From Selaginella moellendorffii (Eukaryota; Plantae; Lycopodiophyta): a DNA stretch of 64,000 nucleotides. The stretch is from contig NW_003314317.1 in assembly GCF_000143415.4 (NCBI RefSeq), positions 602,296 through 666,295 on the forward strand. The letters run 5' to 3'. The position numbers were made by a program, and so were the translations under genes. Below are positions 49,701-60,369 of the stretch, piece after piece (the stretch's first letter is position 1; every line of letters starts with the position of its first letter). The notes beneath the pieces are model-generated. The model saw only the letters and a program-made list of their open reading frames with translations. It was not told the DNA's origin and ran no database searches.

Positions 49701-50218
49701 CATTTCTCGTGACGGAGTTGGACTCTGGGACACTGGAGTATGATCTAACAGCCGACGACTTCAACAAGGCGATCTCACTCACTTACGTGGATATGAACGA
49801 AAAGATCGAAGTTTCCGGCAGAGAAACCACGAACAGTCGATGGGTTTCCTATAGTGACACTATGAAGCGGGCGCTAAAGATGATATGGGGTGCTGGCGAG
49901 GCCAAGTTCAAGGTTTTGCAGCTAAGGGAAGAAGAAGGGAGCAAGAAGAGCTACCTGGTGATTAGACGGCCGCATTGCATGCTGGAGTGGAAGCGCTACT
50001 ACTTGAAAAGGATGGAGATCAAGATCGCGTTCACCTCCCCGGCGGCCGGCATCAAAATATCCGAGGAGAATCCGCAAATTTGCCAGCTGATCGATAACGG
50101 CGGCGCGGAGGCCTGCAAGATCCGATTCAAGAACGCGTTCGAGAGAGACTTGGCGGTGCTTACCTTCCGGCATTTCTTGCGCGCCTGTGAGAAGGGGAAG
50201 CGCTCGCGACGACGATGA
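46793..50218 (+). CDS. Intronless tandem-kinase protein: [MLKL/MCAfunc-like helical bundle + active TKL kinase] + [helical bundle + pseudokinase] + Ig-like/PH-like C-terminus
   Basis: Single ORF of 1141 codons from ATG 46793. Kinase 1 has IGAGAFGSVY, VAVK, HRDLKPSN, DFG and YMAPE; kinase 2 lacks HRD and DFG. The motif N.HQC..LQSRC...L..AL.L......WL..A occurs twice. C-terminus: ITGDAVIGGKL..YQWIR...EYDLTADD...RDLAVLTFRHF. Confidence 0.9.
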   Translation: MEMAQELLDGPLHEIKETSKYDFHFNTHQCQYLQSRCSVVEEYVRLWQSCSELEPLPLAMEELRCMLNRALQLLKQCQHEEWLYHAAVRLTDSRAFAEICWCLSRLTALVNAHMIHSAMDIRSPNVQCLMAMPYKRKHIENLRSAMEDLSPCTSRDRKELFVRANSIGETDGRYGLAQYLVEKLLSSGGGALPTIQALELKTLIGAGAFGSVYRAEWLGAPVAVKEFKSGDASFDKEVNILKELISEPHPSVLQMIGYYQKDEKAYLVMELMERDLANVIRKTRGSLQLLTSIDIMLQIASGMSYLHQKNVVHRDLKPSNILVKTQNHACTTCSNVRLTDFGVSKSNFISFAPDLSYQRGTIQYMAPEMLRGQKYSREVDVYSFGITCFQILTGTLPFQDDGKQLVADKLVETIEDGNRPDLPTGCPLELVALLNRCWNRNPKDRPTFEHISRMLWSLKERLLGGHNLESSFTGSEMSSCNAAEELTLAAGDMICQISVAAPFTNFHQCYFLQSRCKQISSYREFPNKLRLRSWFAVQIKLVTTLRTALSLIESYSEERWLHTAVLKEHNPWAFRKALEDINRCETTLRAINPGNHSDNVMTFPAVPEQYAEDDKKRMAESIKGLLDASDRVTVKFAEYLVQKAAFDSVLPCIDPEEIVLLNFIGMSNHGTIFAARWLDVPVMVKALGTGNEAEKLLKELDKRHAELINRPHPNVVQVIGYTRHGENLFVVTERVSGGDFRVTKFPLVLTIEILLQVAQGVAYLHEHNRELSDLNTLLVDFEKGHFDEFTGGITVKVQAQSNLRKRDGPNSLSTLAGRWKHPFHFPHVPDADCGKIDAYKFGIACVEMITGQTIGEEILLSGKLPQLPHDCTGIKAVIEKCLSSQPPGFHQIVELLQSAQLRLEIPPTSDIDYRRMLLDSSAQTGLKLDITGDAVIGGKLIAVGNVENVGNRLYQWIRQHKDGTIERLRPFLVTELDSGTLEYDLTADDFNKAISLTYVDMNEKIEVSGRETTNSRWVSYSDTMKRALKMIWGAGEAKFKVLQLREEEGSKKSYLVIRRPHCMLEWKRYYLKRMEIKIAFTSPAAGIKISEENPQICQLIDNGGAEACKIRFKNAFERDLAVLTFRHFLRACEKGKRSRRR

Positions 50219-50497
50219 CATCCAAAATGCTGTGAGTCAACGGCGCGCGCCGGTGATTTCTTGCTGGAAATCGAAGTAGAAATGAAGAACCCTATATGTA
50301 CAAAAGAGAAAGGTGCAAGTCTCGAACCGGCGACTTTTGCTAAAGTGGCAGGTTTTTCATATTTCCCGCCCTTGGGAAGCTAGTATTTCGTGAGCGAGTT
50401 TGTTGGTCTCGGGATCGGGTAGTTTTAGAATTTTTTCTTCGTTGTGGGCAGCAGAAGACTTGAAACGATGGATGCATCCATTAAAAACCATGATGAG

Positions 50498-50625
50498 AAG
50501 CTGACGGCAAATTCCCGATATTTTTCTACCTGTAGGTTCATGGCCTCCAGTCGAAACCACCAAGCTCCAGCTTTACCATGGCACATGAAAACGCACCTGG
50601 ATAAAAAAAAGTAAAACACTCGTTA
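50498..50625 (-). pseudogene. Duplicated fragment of a Whirly 5' exon with flanking intron sequence
   Basis: agctgacggc...acctgtag...caccaagctccagcttt..catgg...cctggataaaaaa...cactcgt matches ~46334-46486. Confidence 0.8.
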
Positions 50626-51296
50626 GGAGAGAAATACCTAGAATAAAAGAGATAGTACCCTCAGGAGCAGGGAATAAATTTCAGGAAAATAGGGAATTTT
50701 TTCTGACATTTATCACTTGAACTATAAGTGTCAAATGACATTATCATAGAAACAAGTGACATTTTTTCATATAATGTTTGCTTAATGCCTTGTTCTTGAA
50801 GCCACACCCAAAAAAGATTGTGACCATTAAATTGTCAATCCTCCCATATGTGCATCCAATGTCTTAGACTCTCTAGGTTGACCCAATTTTGATTGAGGTT
50901 TTCTGGCACCCACCAAAAAGCATATTTTTACATGGTATAAAGATTATCTTGTGTAAGGAAAACCTCTTCATATCCAACCATTCTAGGTCACAGCTTATCT
51001 TGAAAATCCTGCTAACATGGGGGAGCAAGGAGCGGGAGAAATTGGGATTGAGCAAGAGTATGGAAGAAATCAAGTGGAGTGTAGAGGAAGGAGTGAAACA
51101 CCAAAGTGCATAGTTTTATACTTCTCAATTTGCATTTGCACTAGAAGACTATACTCCCTTAACTAAATTTTCTATTGGCATCTGGCATACATATTCCTTT
51201 TTTAGAATATTATTTATGAACATACTTGTGATCTAACAGTTAAAATTTTAGAACTTCAACTTTATAATGACACTCCAATCCAAAATGAATTTTCTT

Positions 51297-51300
<4 letters not shown>

Positions 51301-51334
<34 letters not shown>
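51301..51334. repeat. (TC)17 microsatellite
   Basis: Direct reading. Confidence 0.95.
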
Positions 51335-51337
<3 letters not shown>

Positions 51338-52957
51338 TGTGTGGAGCGAGTTCCATGTCCCTGTATGTGTCGAGAAATCAGTTCCTGCTCAACTGGGCAC
51401 TGATCCGCTGTGTCTCTGTTTTACAGCAGAAAGCGGGAGGTGGCCGGCACAAAGGTGACGCCGTCGGGGGCATTTGGCAAGAAGATGACCATGGACGACC
51501 TGGATCATAAATACGAGGATGATTGTGTCTTTTAGGGCAGGAGAGAGCAACAGTCGATGACAACAGCAGGAAGACAAAATCTTTATCTCTGGATCTCGCA
51601 CTGGTGTAATGAACGCAAGGTGACAGGCATTAGCAAACGGCTACTTTCAAATTGCATATGCAAGTGAACAGGAATTGAACAAGTGAACAATTTTCTGCTT
51701 TGTCTAATCACACTGAAGCATCGGTTGCTGATATTAATGGAATACTTGCATGCTCTGAAAACTCCAAGCTTTAATTGGCCGCACTCTGTATCTGCACCAT
51801 TAGCGTGGTGATGGAATATTCCAGCCGAAATATTTTCTAGGTATTTCTAGAATTAACTGCGATACTATAAAATTTAGTTTGTTTGCAGTTATCATCTCTT
51901 GAAGGAAATGCTCGCGATAACAGCTTTTGCATGGACTCCACAAAGATCACCAAGACTGGAATAGTGTCCTCCGTTCAAAGCCACACATGAAAACCTCACA
52001 CTGACCTTTTGAGAAAGGAGCACCTAACATACCACCACCACCTCTTCAATCTTTAGACTTGGCCTGTTACCTTACAAAGCAGTGTTTTTTACTTGTAAGA
52101 ATTAGATATTTGTTTTGTTTTTTAAGTTGTACAACCTTTTTTTTTGGAAATGCTGCCAGACATTCTTTGTCTTCCTTAGTAACTATGTTAGCAAATGTTG
52201 TGACTTAGTTACGAGGCAATGCAGATAAGGAAAGTCATTTGACAGTGTTTGAAAGCCATTGAAACCATTTCAGCTGAATTCACTTTCATCTCTTTTTTTC
52301 AAGAAGAGTTCTATCTTGTTTGCTTTTCGAGTGCTTGGACCATATCACTGCCTTGCACAATACAAATTTATTTCACTGCTGATCATATGTTTAGAAGCTG
52401 CAGATCTCATTTTTCTTATACATGTGTCCATCTTTTCTGCTTATTTCTCCGATTGCATCGTGCTTCACTTGACCTAAAAAGGCCAAGTTGAAATGTTTAT
52501 ATATTACTAGGGACAAGCAAAACTACAAACACCAACGTTGGGACAAGCACAGTCTCGACTTGAGAATTTCCCAGCCACTAGAGCTGTTTGACTTTCTCAG
52601 TTTGATCCTGTAAGAAGATCCAATTTTGAGTTTAATTATGTGATCTTTTGGGTATGAGGTCTCTTGCAAATTGGATTTTGTATTGTGGGGTTTTAGAGAC
52701 TGCCACGTCCATAGTGCGCACACAATGGCAACTTTGAATTGGGAGGAAAGTTCGGGATTGCATTTTTGAACTTGAGGTTAGAGCAGAGAAGGAGTTTATT
52801 GAAGTGGAGGCTAGAAACAGTTGGTGAGTATGTTATTGCTATTTCTGTGCCACAAGATTGCTGCTGTTGCCATAGATTTCTTGAAGGCAATGACATAGAA
52901 GCAATGTAAGTCATTTGATCTTGGTTGTTTGTATCTTTTGTTAGATCTTTCACTTTC

Positions 52958-53085
52958 AGAGGACCGCCTCCATCTCCTGGTGCCGACCACGCTGCAGCGG
53001 TCTATGCTGGTCATTACCTGTACATATTCGGGGATGGCTCACATTCCAGTTGCTTCAGTGACTCGCATTTTGAACTTGAAAACGG
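52958..53085 (+). pseudogene. Kelch-repeat exon fragment (ACBP4/5-like)
   Basis: GPPPSPGADHAAAVYAGHYLYIFGDGSHSSCFSD resembles the plant kelch-ACBP repeat PSPRSDHAAAVHAERYLLIFGGGSH..CFND; bounded by AG...GT. Confidence 0.65.
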
Positions 53086-53424
53086 TATGCTTGATGCATT
53101 TCTCCTTTGAACTTATGGATTGAAAACTTCAGACCAAATGATCATGCAAACAGACTTCTTGTGCAGGCCATGCTAGCACAGCAATTGGTGATTTGTGCAA
53201 CAATTTTGGTGGACGGCATTTATGTATGTTCCAACTTTTCATGTATCATGATCAGTACCATGGATTTCGGAAATGATTGTGAAAACGCACTTGTAACCTC
53301 TGTGCTAGCATGGACGTCTATCACGATATCTTCATCTTCTATTTCACAACACATTATATACATCATTTGTTTTCTTGGGATTGAGACATGTCTCCATGAA
53401 CTCCAAAAAAATAATAAACGACTG

Positions 53425-53882
53425 ATGGCACTCACGTCAGTGAGCCGTATCCCACACTGACACATAAATTTCCGTCACTTCTATTGTCTTGACAAGGTTA
53501 ATTGACTTGGTGAAGATGGAAATGGTGCAAGAACTGTTGGACGGACCGCTGCATGAGATCAAAGAAACCAGTAAGTAGGATTTCCACTTCAACACCCATC
53601 AGTGCCAGTACCTGCAAAGCCGATGCTCCATGGTTGAAGAATATGTGCGGCTTTGGCAGAGCTGCTCCGAGCTTGAGCCACTTCCCCTGGCCATGGAGGA
53701 GCTCCATTGTATGCTGAACAGAGCCTTGCAGCTTCTCAAGCAGTGCCAGCACGAGAAATGGCTGTACCATGCTGCAGTCCGGCTCACTGATTCCAGAGCC
53801 TTTGTGGAGATTTGCTTGTGTCTGAGTAGATTGATGGCCTTGGTCAATGCTCACATGATTCATTGTGCCATGGATATTAGGA
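53425..53882 (+). pseudogene. Truncated duplicate of the 5' region and first helical-bundle domain of the 46793 tandem kinase
   Basis: Near-identical to ~46699-47160; TAT>TAG stop at 53576; ends at an LTR remnant. Confidence 0.92.
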
Positions 53883-53889
53883 GCAATAC

Positions 53890-56800
53890 TAGAGCCAGTT
53901 TGGCCAGGAATGCCAGTGTGACCAAGGAATGCTATACCTACGTGTTAGATGATGATATAACCATTAAAAAGTCCAAGGCTAAAGTGAATATAGGGTAGTT
54001 TGGTGAAATGTTTAAAAATCAACTTTAGCTCCCCCGGGAGATTGAAGAGTTGATGCTCTTAATCTAAATGTGGGTGGCACTACTTACTTGGATATTTAGC
54101 GTGGCTTATTAGAATCTTGCTCTAGCCACATAGCTAGGGCATTTAAATGCGAAAGGTGGGGAAAGTACCTATGAAGTTTGTGTAGGGCCATAGTGTTTCG
54201 AAATGTTATCCCAAAGCCCCAAATTATGGAAAGGAAAAGAAGCAATCCTCTAATGTAATGACAAAGGATATAGTCACATGGTGCAAAAGTCATAAAGGAC
54301 AGTGGGACTTAATGGTCGGGCCTTTGAACCTTGATTTAGTGGCAGTGTTGGCAAGTATGGCCATGGATGAAAAAGGACTTAATGGCAACAGAAGAAAGGA
54401 CATTGGGGAAGGGTGTTTTCAATATCTCCAAGCATCTTAAAGGTGTTAAGGTGTGGTTAAGGGATTGTCAAGACCCGTACCAAAATCAAAACTGGAAAAT
54501 GCAGAAGACAAAAAGAAAAGCTAGTAGAGACAAAAAAGAAGCCTTAAACTGGCATTGATTCAAATTGTGGAGAAATGGAACAAGGCTAACCTATATATAC
54601 TATAGGTTGATGAAGCTCCACCACTCTTGGATCAAGGACGGCCTAAATATAGCTGAGGTCAAGGAGGCACCATATCATCATCAGGAATGTGGTTCAAGAA
54701 TCAGGAATTGTATGGGAAATCAAAGAGTCAAGAATAGAGAAGTGTCTCGAGAGTTAGGAATGTGGCAAGAATTGGGGGATTCCTGACAGCACCCCCTCCT
54801 CAAGAATGAGTGGAACAAGGACGTGAATGAGAATGAAGAGGAGGATGAGATGGGCGTCGAGGGATGGGAGATGGAGAATGAAAAGAATGAGGACTGGGAC
54901 GAAAAGGATAGCAGTGGTGAAAGTCCTAAACAAGGTTAGGAGAATGAATCAGGTTGTCCACAGGTTCCCAAGTGCGTTCCTCAAGTCTATAACCCTTCCA
55001 GTTTACTAGATAGTAGAGTTTAGACCGTGAGATCTTGGAATCAAGGATGTCCTGAACCTCATACTCAAACCCATCTTTGAGCTGCATTGGTGGAGGCAAA
55101 GGAATTACTCGATTTGGAATAGGACTGGGAATATAAGGCTCAAAGAGAGAGGAGTGAAAAACGAGGTGAATTTGATATGAGGAGGGAAGTGCAAAGCGAT
55201 AAGTGATAGGATTAATGATGGCAGTGATAGGGAAAGGACCAAGGCATTTGAAATCGAGTTTGGGACATGGCCTGGTGGTGGAGATATTTCGCCTGAGGAG
55301 CCAGACTTTATCCCCGATATTGTAAGAGGGACAATCTTGACAATGGACATTGGCAAATGTTTTGCGAGATTCTTGAGCACAATGGAGGTGGAAGGAGATG
55401 GAGTTGTGGATTTCCTAGAGGTTAGAGACAAATGCTTTAGAGCGAGGATTTGAATGAGAGGATTCAGATGGAGAAGGAAGTGAGAGATTGAATCAGGGAT
55501 TTCAGCCAGAGTTTGCAAAGAAGGGGGAAACTTGAAGGGAGGAGTGAACGAAGTTGTTATAGGAGAACTCAGCAAAGGGAAAGATATTGAACTAGTCATT
55601 TTGATGATAATTAATGAAGCACCTCAGGAATTGTTTCAACGTCTAAACCGTTTGCTCGAACTATCCATCAATTTGAGGATGATAGCCGAAGAGAGGTTGG
55701 CCTTCACTCCAAGTAGCTGCAAGAACCATTGCCAGAAATGATAGATGAACTAAAGTCCCCGATCCAAAACCATATATGCAAGAATTCCATGAAGTTGGAA
55801 AATTTCCCTGAATACCAGTTTTGCCATGTCCTCACCTGAAAACTCGTTGGTACACGGCAGGAAGTGCGCCATCATTGTGAAGTGATCCACCACAACTAAA
55901 ATGCTGTTGAAACCTCCAGAACTCGGAAGATCACTCAAGAAATCCATGGAGATGGATTCCCAAGGACCTGAAGGGACCGGGAGGGAATGAAGCAAACTTG
56001 AAGGATGGTGACAAGGTACTTTATTCCGGGCACAAGTGTCATAGGAGGTAACAAAAGCTTTGATGTAGTCATCCATGTGAGGCCACCAAAAGTCCCGTGC
56101 AACTAGCTCATAAATTTTCAAAATGCCGAAGTGACCAGTAGTCGGGCTATCGTGGCACACCATCAGAACCAACCTTCGAGCATCACCTTTAGGAACATAA
56201 AGCTGCTCCTCACGGTACAATAAGCCATCTAAGAACTCAAACTCATCAAATCATTAGCAGTCAGGAGTCACTAGGTGTCCAGCCTGAAGATGGGGGAAAA
56301 TATCAGTGGCGAGGTTGTCAGATTGAAGATCATTTCTGATGGCGTCCATCAAGGAGCAGTCATGAGGAAATTGCCATAACTTGAAGCCAATCAGGACCAA
56401 GGATAACTTGATCCTGTTGATCAAAGGCAGGATTACCAAGCCTGAGACTGAGATAGGAGCGCCTTGAAAGAGCATTAAGAAGGCCCTAAAGCTTTCTAGG
56501 TCTGTACTTGATAACAAAGTCAAACTGACTCAGGAATTGTGCCCACCTTGCCTAACGACGGCTCAAAACTTGGGAAGTGGCAAAGTACTTGAGATTTTTG
56601 TGATCCGTCCAGACTATTGTTTGATGGCTCACCCCCTCCAAGAAACGATGTCACTCTCCAAAGGAATCCATGATGGCAAGGAGCTCCTTGTCGTGGATTT
56701 TGTAATTGATCTCCACAGGCTGGAATTTCCGAGAATGGAAAGTGACCAGATGAAATTCCTGATCCACTCTGAGTTGAGACAACACAACACCGATGGCAAA

Positions 56801-59800
56801 GTCGGAGGCATTCGCCTCGATGAAGAAAGGTTGTGAGGGATCAGCATGGATCAAGATGGGAGCAAAACTGAAGGCCACCTTGAGTGTGTTGAAGGCCTGC
56901 TAGGTAGCAACAGACCAAGAGAAGGGAACATCCTTGTGAGTGAGATGTGTGAGAGGAAGGACAATGTCAGAGTAGTGATCAATAAATTTGCAGTAGAAGT
57001 TGGCGAAGCCAAGGAAAACCTTGGCAGGATCCATCATGATACCCTCAAGAATGACAATGTACCCAAGGAACTCCACATACTCTTGATTGAAGGAACATTT
57101 CTCAAGCTTTGTGTATAGGCCATGTTCCTGTAGCTTTACCAACACCTTGCGCGCATGCTCGTCGTGCTCCTCCTGAGTTTTTGAGTAGATGAGGATGTCG
57201 TCGAGGTAGACGATCACCATCTAATCAAGAAACTCCTGAAAGACATTGTTCGCCATGTGTTGGAAAACTGTTGGAGCATTTGTCGAGCCAAACGGCATGA
57301 CAGTGTACTTGAAGCAGCCACAACGGATTCAGAACGTAGTCTTCCATTCATCGCCAGGCCAAATCCGAATCAGGTTGTATGCTCTGTGGAGGTCGATCTT
57401 GGTGAAGAAGCAGGCACTGTCGAGGCGTTCCAATAGGTTTGAGATCAGGGGTAGTAGATAACAGTTCCAAACAATTACCTTGTTCAAACCTCGGTAGTCG
57501 ATGACTAGCCGCAAACTCCTATCCTTCTTTTTGAAAAGAAGATAGGTGCTCCAGCCGGGGACTGCGAATGCTGAATATACCCCGATGCAAGGCTCTTGTT
57601 CACATACTCTTTGAGGGCATTAATCTCAGATGGGGATAACTCGTAGATAGACCCCCATGAAGGTGACACTCCTTCCTATAAATCAATAGGACAGTTGTAA
57701 GGCCGATGAATAGGTAGTACACTAGCTTTTTTTTTGTCAAACACATTGCCAAAATCATGATACTTCTCAGGAAGACTGACAGGAGAAACATGCAAAGCAA
57801 AAAGAAAAACAAGTTCTTCATGAAGGAGTTCTTTCATAGTGATTGTGGAGATAGGAGGAGGCGTACAGGTGAATGGAATGATGGGACGAGGATATTGTCT
57901 AGTGTAAGATGGAAGAGAGGGAAAAGAAGATTGAGGGATATGGAGCAAAGAAGGTGAAAACTTCGTAGATTCAAGAATAGAAACCCGATTTGAGTTTAGG
58001 GAACTTTTCTTGATTTGGATTCGATGAACAACAAGGGAAGACGTGGGAGATGGTGACGTGGGAGAGACGAACTATAATTCCTTCCAACAGATTTGAGGCT
58101 GGTGCAATTGGAACCAAGGAAGGCCGAGCACCACAGAGGAGGATGTTGTTGATGATGTTGTTGATGTTGAAGGCAATATTAGTGACAGTGGACCCGATGT
58201 GTACTCGAATAGGCAACGTTTCTCTAAGTCCAAAAGATGGAGACACAAAATGCTCGCCGATGCCTTCAACCCTCAGATCCCATATGGTAGGAGAAAAAAG
58301 AACGTGATGTCAGGCAGCAAAGTTCGTGTCCATGAAGCAAGAAGTTGCGCCCAAGTCCAGTAGTGCTAGAGCCTTGAGTCCTAATTATCCGGTGAAAGAA
58401 ATGAGACATGGGATGTGGAAGTTGTGGGAATTGGTGGTGGCTTTGATGAAAGGTGGTAAGGAGCTTGATAAAGAAGAAAGTGATTTTATTTGGGGAGTCC
58501 AAACAGATAGGTCCTACTTTTTTTGGACATAGTCTTTTTCTGACTGCAACAGAGGTGGACCTTGAGGCAGAGTGAACTCAAGTAGTTGGGGAGGCTTCTT
58601 GGGACACACAATTGCTTTATGGATCAGTACAGTAGAGGCAAAGATTCTGAGATACTCGACGTTGCTTCTTAGTAGGACTCAACTTCCCTCTGATGAGTCG
58701 GGGAGTACCAGAAATATCCATCGGAACCAGAGCAGTAGGTTCAGAAGTATGCCCCAAAGACTCAAGCTGGGATTCTTGAGTCTCAGACGGGAAAACAGTG
58801 GCACAGTGACTTTCCTGATGATGTTCAAAGAGACGATTGTTGCATTGAACAGCTTTGTTAATGGCGTGCAATGGGTCCATGGGATCCTCCATGGTTAGCA
58901 ACAAATCCTTAACACCATTGTTGAGGCTGAAACGAAATTGATCAATCAGGGCCAGCTCATCCCATTGAGTGTCCAAGGCAAGGAGTTGGAACTCCGCAGC
59001 ATAGATCGAGGCAGGATAAGACCCTTGAGAGAGACGGCTCATCTTTGTGGTGGCAGCCCAAAATTGATTCGTTTCGCCAAAACATGCTTCGAGCTTCTCT
59101 TTGAACAACTGAAGATCCATCAGCTTCAGAACCATGACCTTTTTCATGCTCTTCTCTAGGAGAGGAGAAAACCATGACAAAGCTGCACCTTCGAGCAACA
59201 TCCCAATCGTGCCGATTTGAGACTCGGGAGTGGGGTACTGCCGATGTTGAAGTGCAAAGATCAGCTCCATTTGGTTCAGAAATCCGCGAAGCTCCGAATG
59301 CTTGCCTGAAAATTTCGCCGGGAAACTCACCTTCGATTCAAGAACTCTACTTGATCCTTGAGCCGAAAGTGAAGCAAGCTCCTATTGCATGTGAAGAAGG
59401 GCCACCTTCAACTTGGTATTCTCAGACTGGATTTTTGCAAGGACTTCAGCCAAAGAATCAAGATGGCTTGGAGACTCCATCAACAAAGAAGAAAGAAAAG
59501 GGGGAAAAAGGCAAAGGCAATCAAACAATCAAACGAGTTAAAGCAAAAGCAAAAAGCACAATTTGAATCAAATTGTCAAGACCCCTAACAAGATCAAAAC
59601 TGGAAAATGCAAAAGACAAAGAGAAAAGCTAGTGAAGACGAAGAAAAAGCCTTAGACTGGCGTTGATTCAAATTGTGGAAAAATGGAACAAGGCTAGCCT
59701 ATATATACTATAGGTTGATAAGGCTCCACCACTCTTGGATCGAGGACAGCCTAAATATAGCTGAGGTCGAAGAGCCGCCATATCATCATCAGGAATATGG

Positions 59801-60264
59801 TTCGAGAATCAGGAATCATATGGGAAATCAAAGAGTCAGGAATAGAGAAGTGTCTCGAGAGTCAGGAATGTGGTCTGTGGGTGAGGAATCCAGTGAGAGT
59901 CAAGAATGTGGCAAGAATTGGGGGATTCCTGACAAAATGACCATTTATAAACAGATGGCCCAATCTTTGAGAGATAGGATTGTGATGTAGATGGTTTTGG
60001 ACTATCAATGTGACAAAGATGAATAAGCATAGCATTAGCATAATGAGCTGATATATCAATAGTACATTTGGGTGTCGGTCATAGGATTGAACACATGGAG
60101 CACTTGGACTAAGTGCAAAGGCTAAGTGGCATAAATGCCATTCACAAGGCTAACATCTCCCCAAGTTTTGAAGAAGATTTATAGAGGTTGTGAATAAGAC
60201 TTCTCTAAATGGTCAAAGGTGTAGTTAAGTGACTAAAGTAGAATGGAAAAATTAGTCACTTATA
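53890..60264 (+). mobile_element. Older LTR remnant (homologous to 12701-13600 in opposite orientation), split by the chromovirus into 53890-54465 and 59935-60264
   Basis: The reverse complement of 12701-13600 aligns continuously across both pieces once 54466-59934 is removed. Confidence 0.8.
54466..59934 (-). mobile_element. Full-length but decayed Ty3/gypsy chromovirus (Tcn1-like): 5' LTR 59574-59934, gag, PR, RT, RNase H, IN, chromodomain, PPT, 3' LTR 54466-54788
   Basis: LTRs run TGTCA...TGACA. PPT GAGGAGGGGGTGC abuts the 3' LTR. gag 58617-59330; [12 protein letters not shown] and RLVIDYRGLN; RH IEANASDFAIG; IN CHDSPTTGHFG..WESISMDF; chromodomain YEVQDILDS..YYLVNWKGY..TWEP at ~54905-55075. 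Many stops and frameshifts. Confidence 0.95.
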
Positions 60265-60369
60265 GTGTTAGTCCTGTTTTGGTCCTATTAGCTATTTAGA
60301 GAATATAAGGTATAATAGAGATAGTGGGTAGGTCAAGAATGGCCAAGGTATAGTCTAGCTTTTGCTTGT

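Noticed and set aside
46775-50221. Numerous antisense ORFs over the kinase (and over other conserved genes and the gypsy pol)
   Set aside because: Shadow ORFs of real coding sequence.
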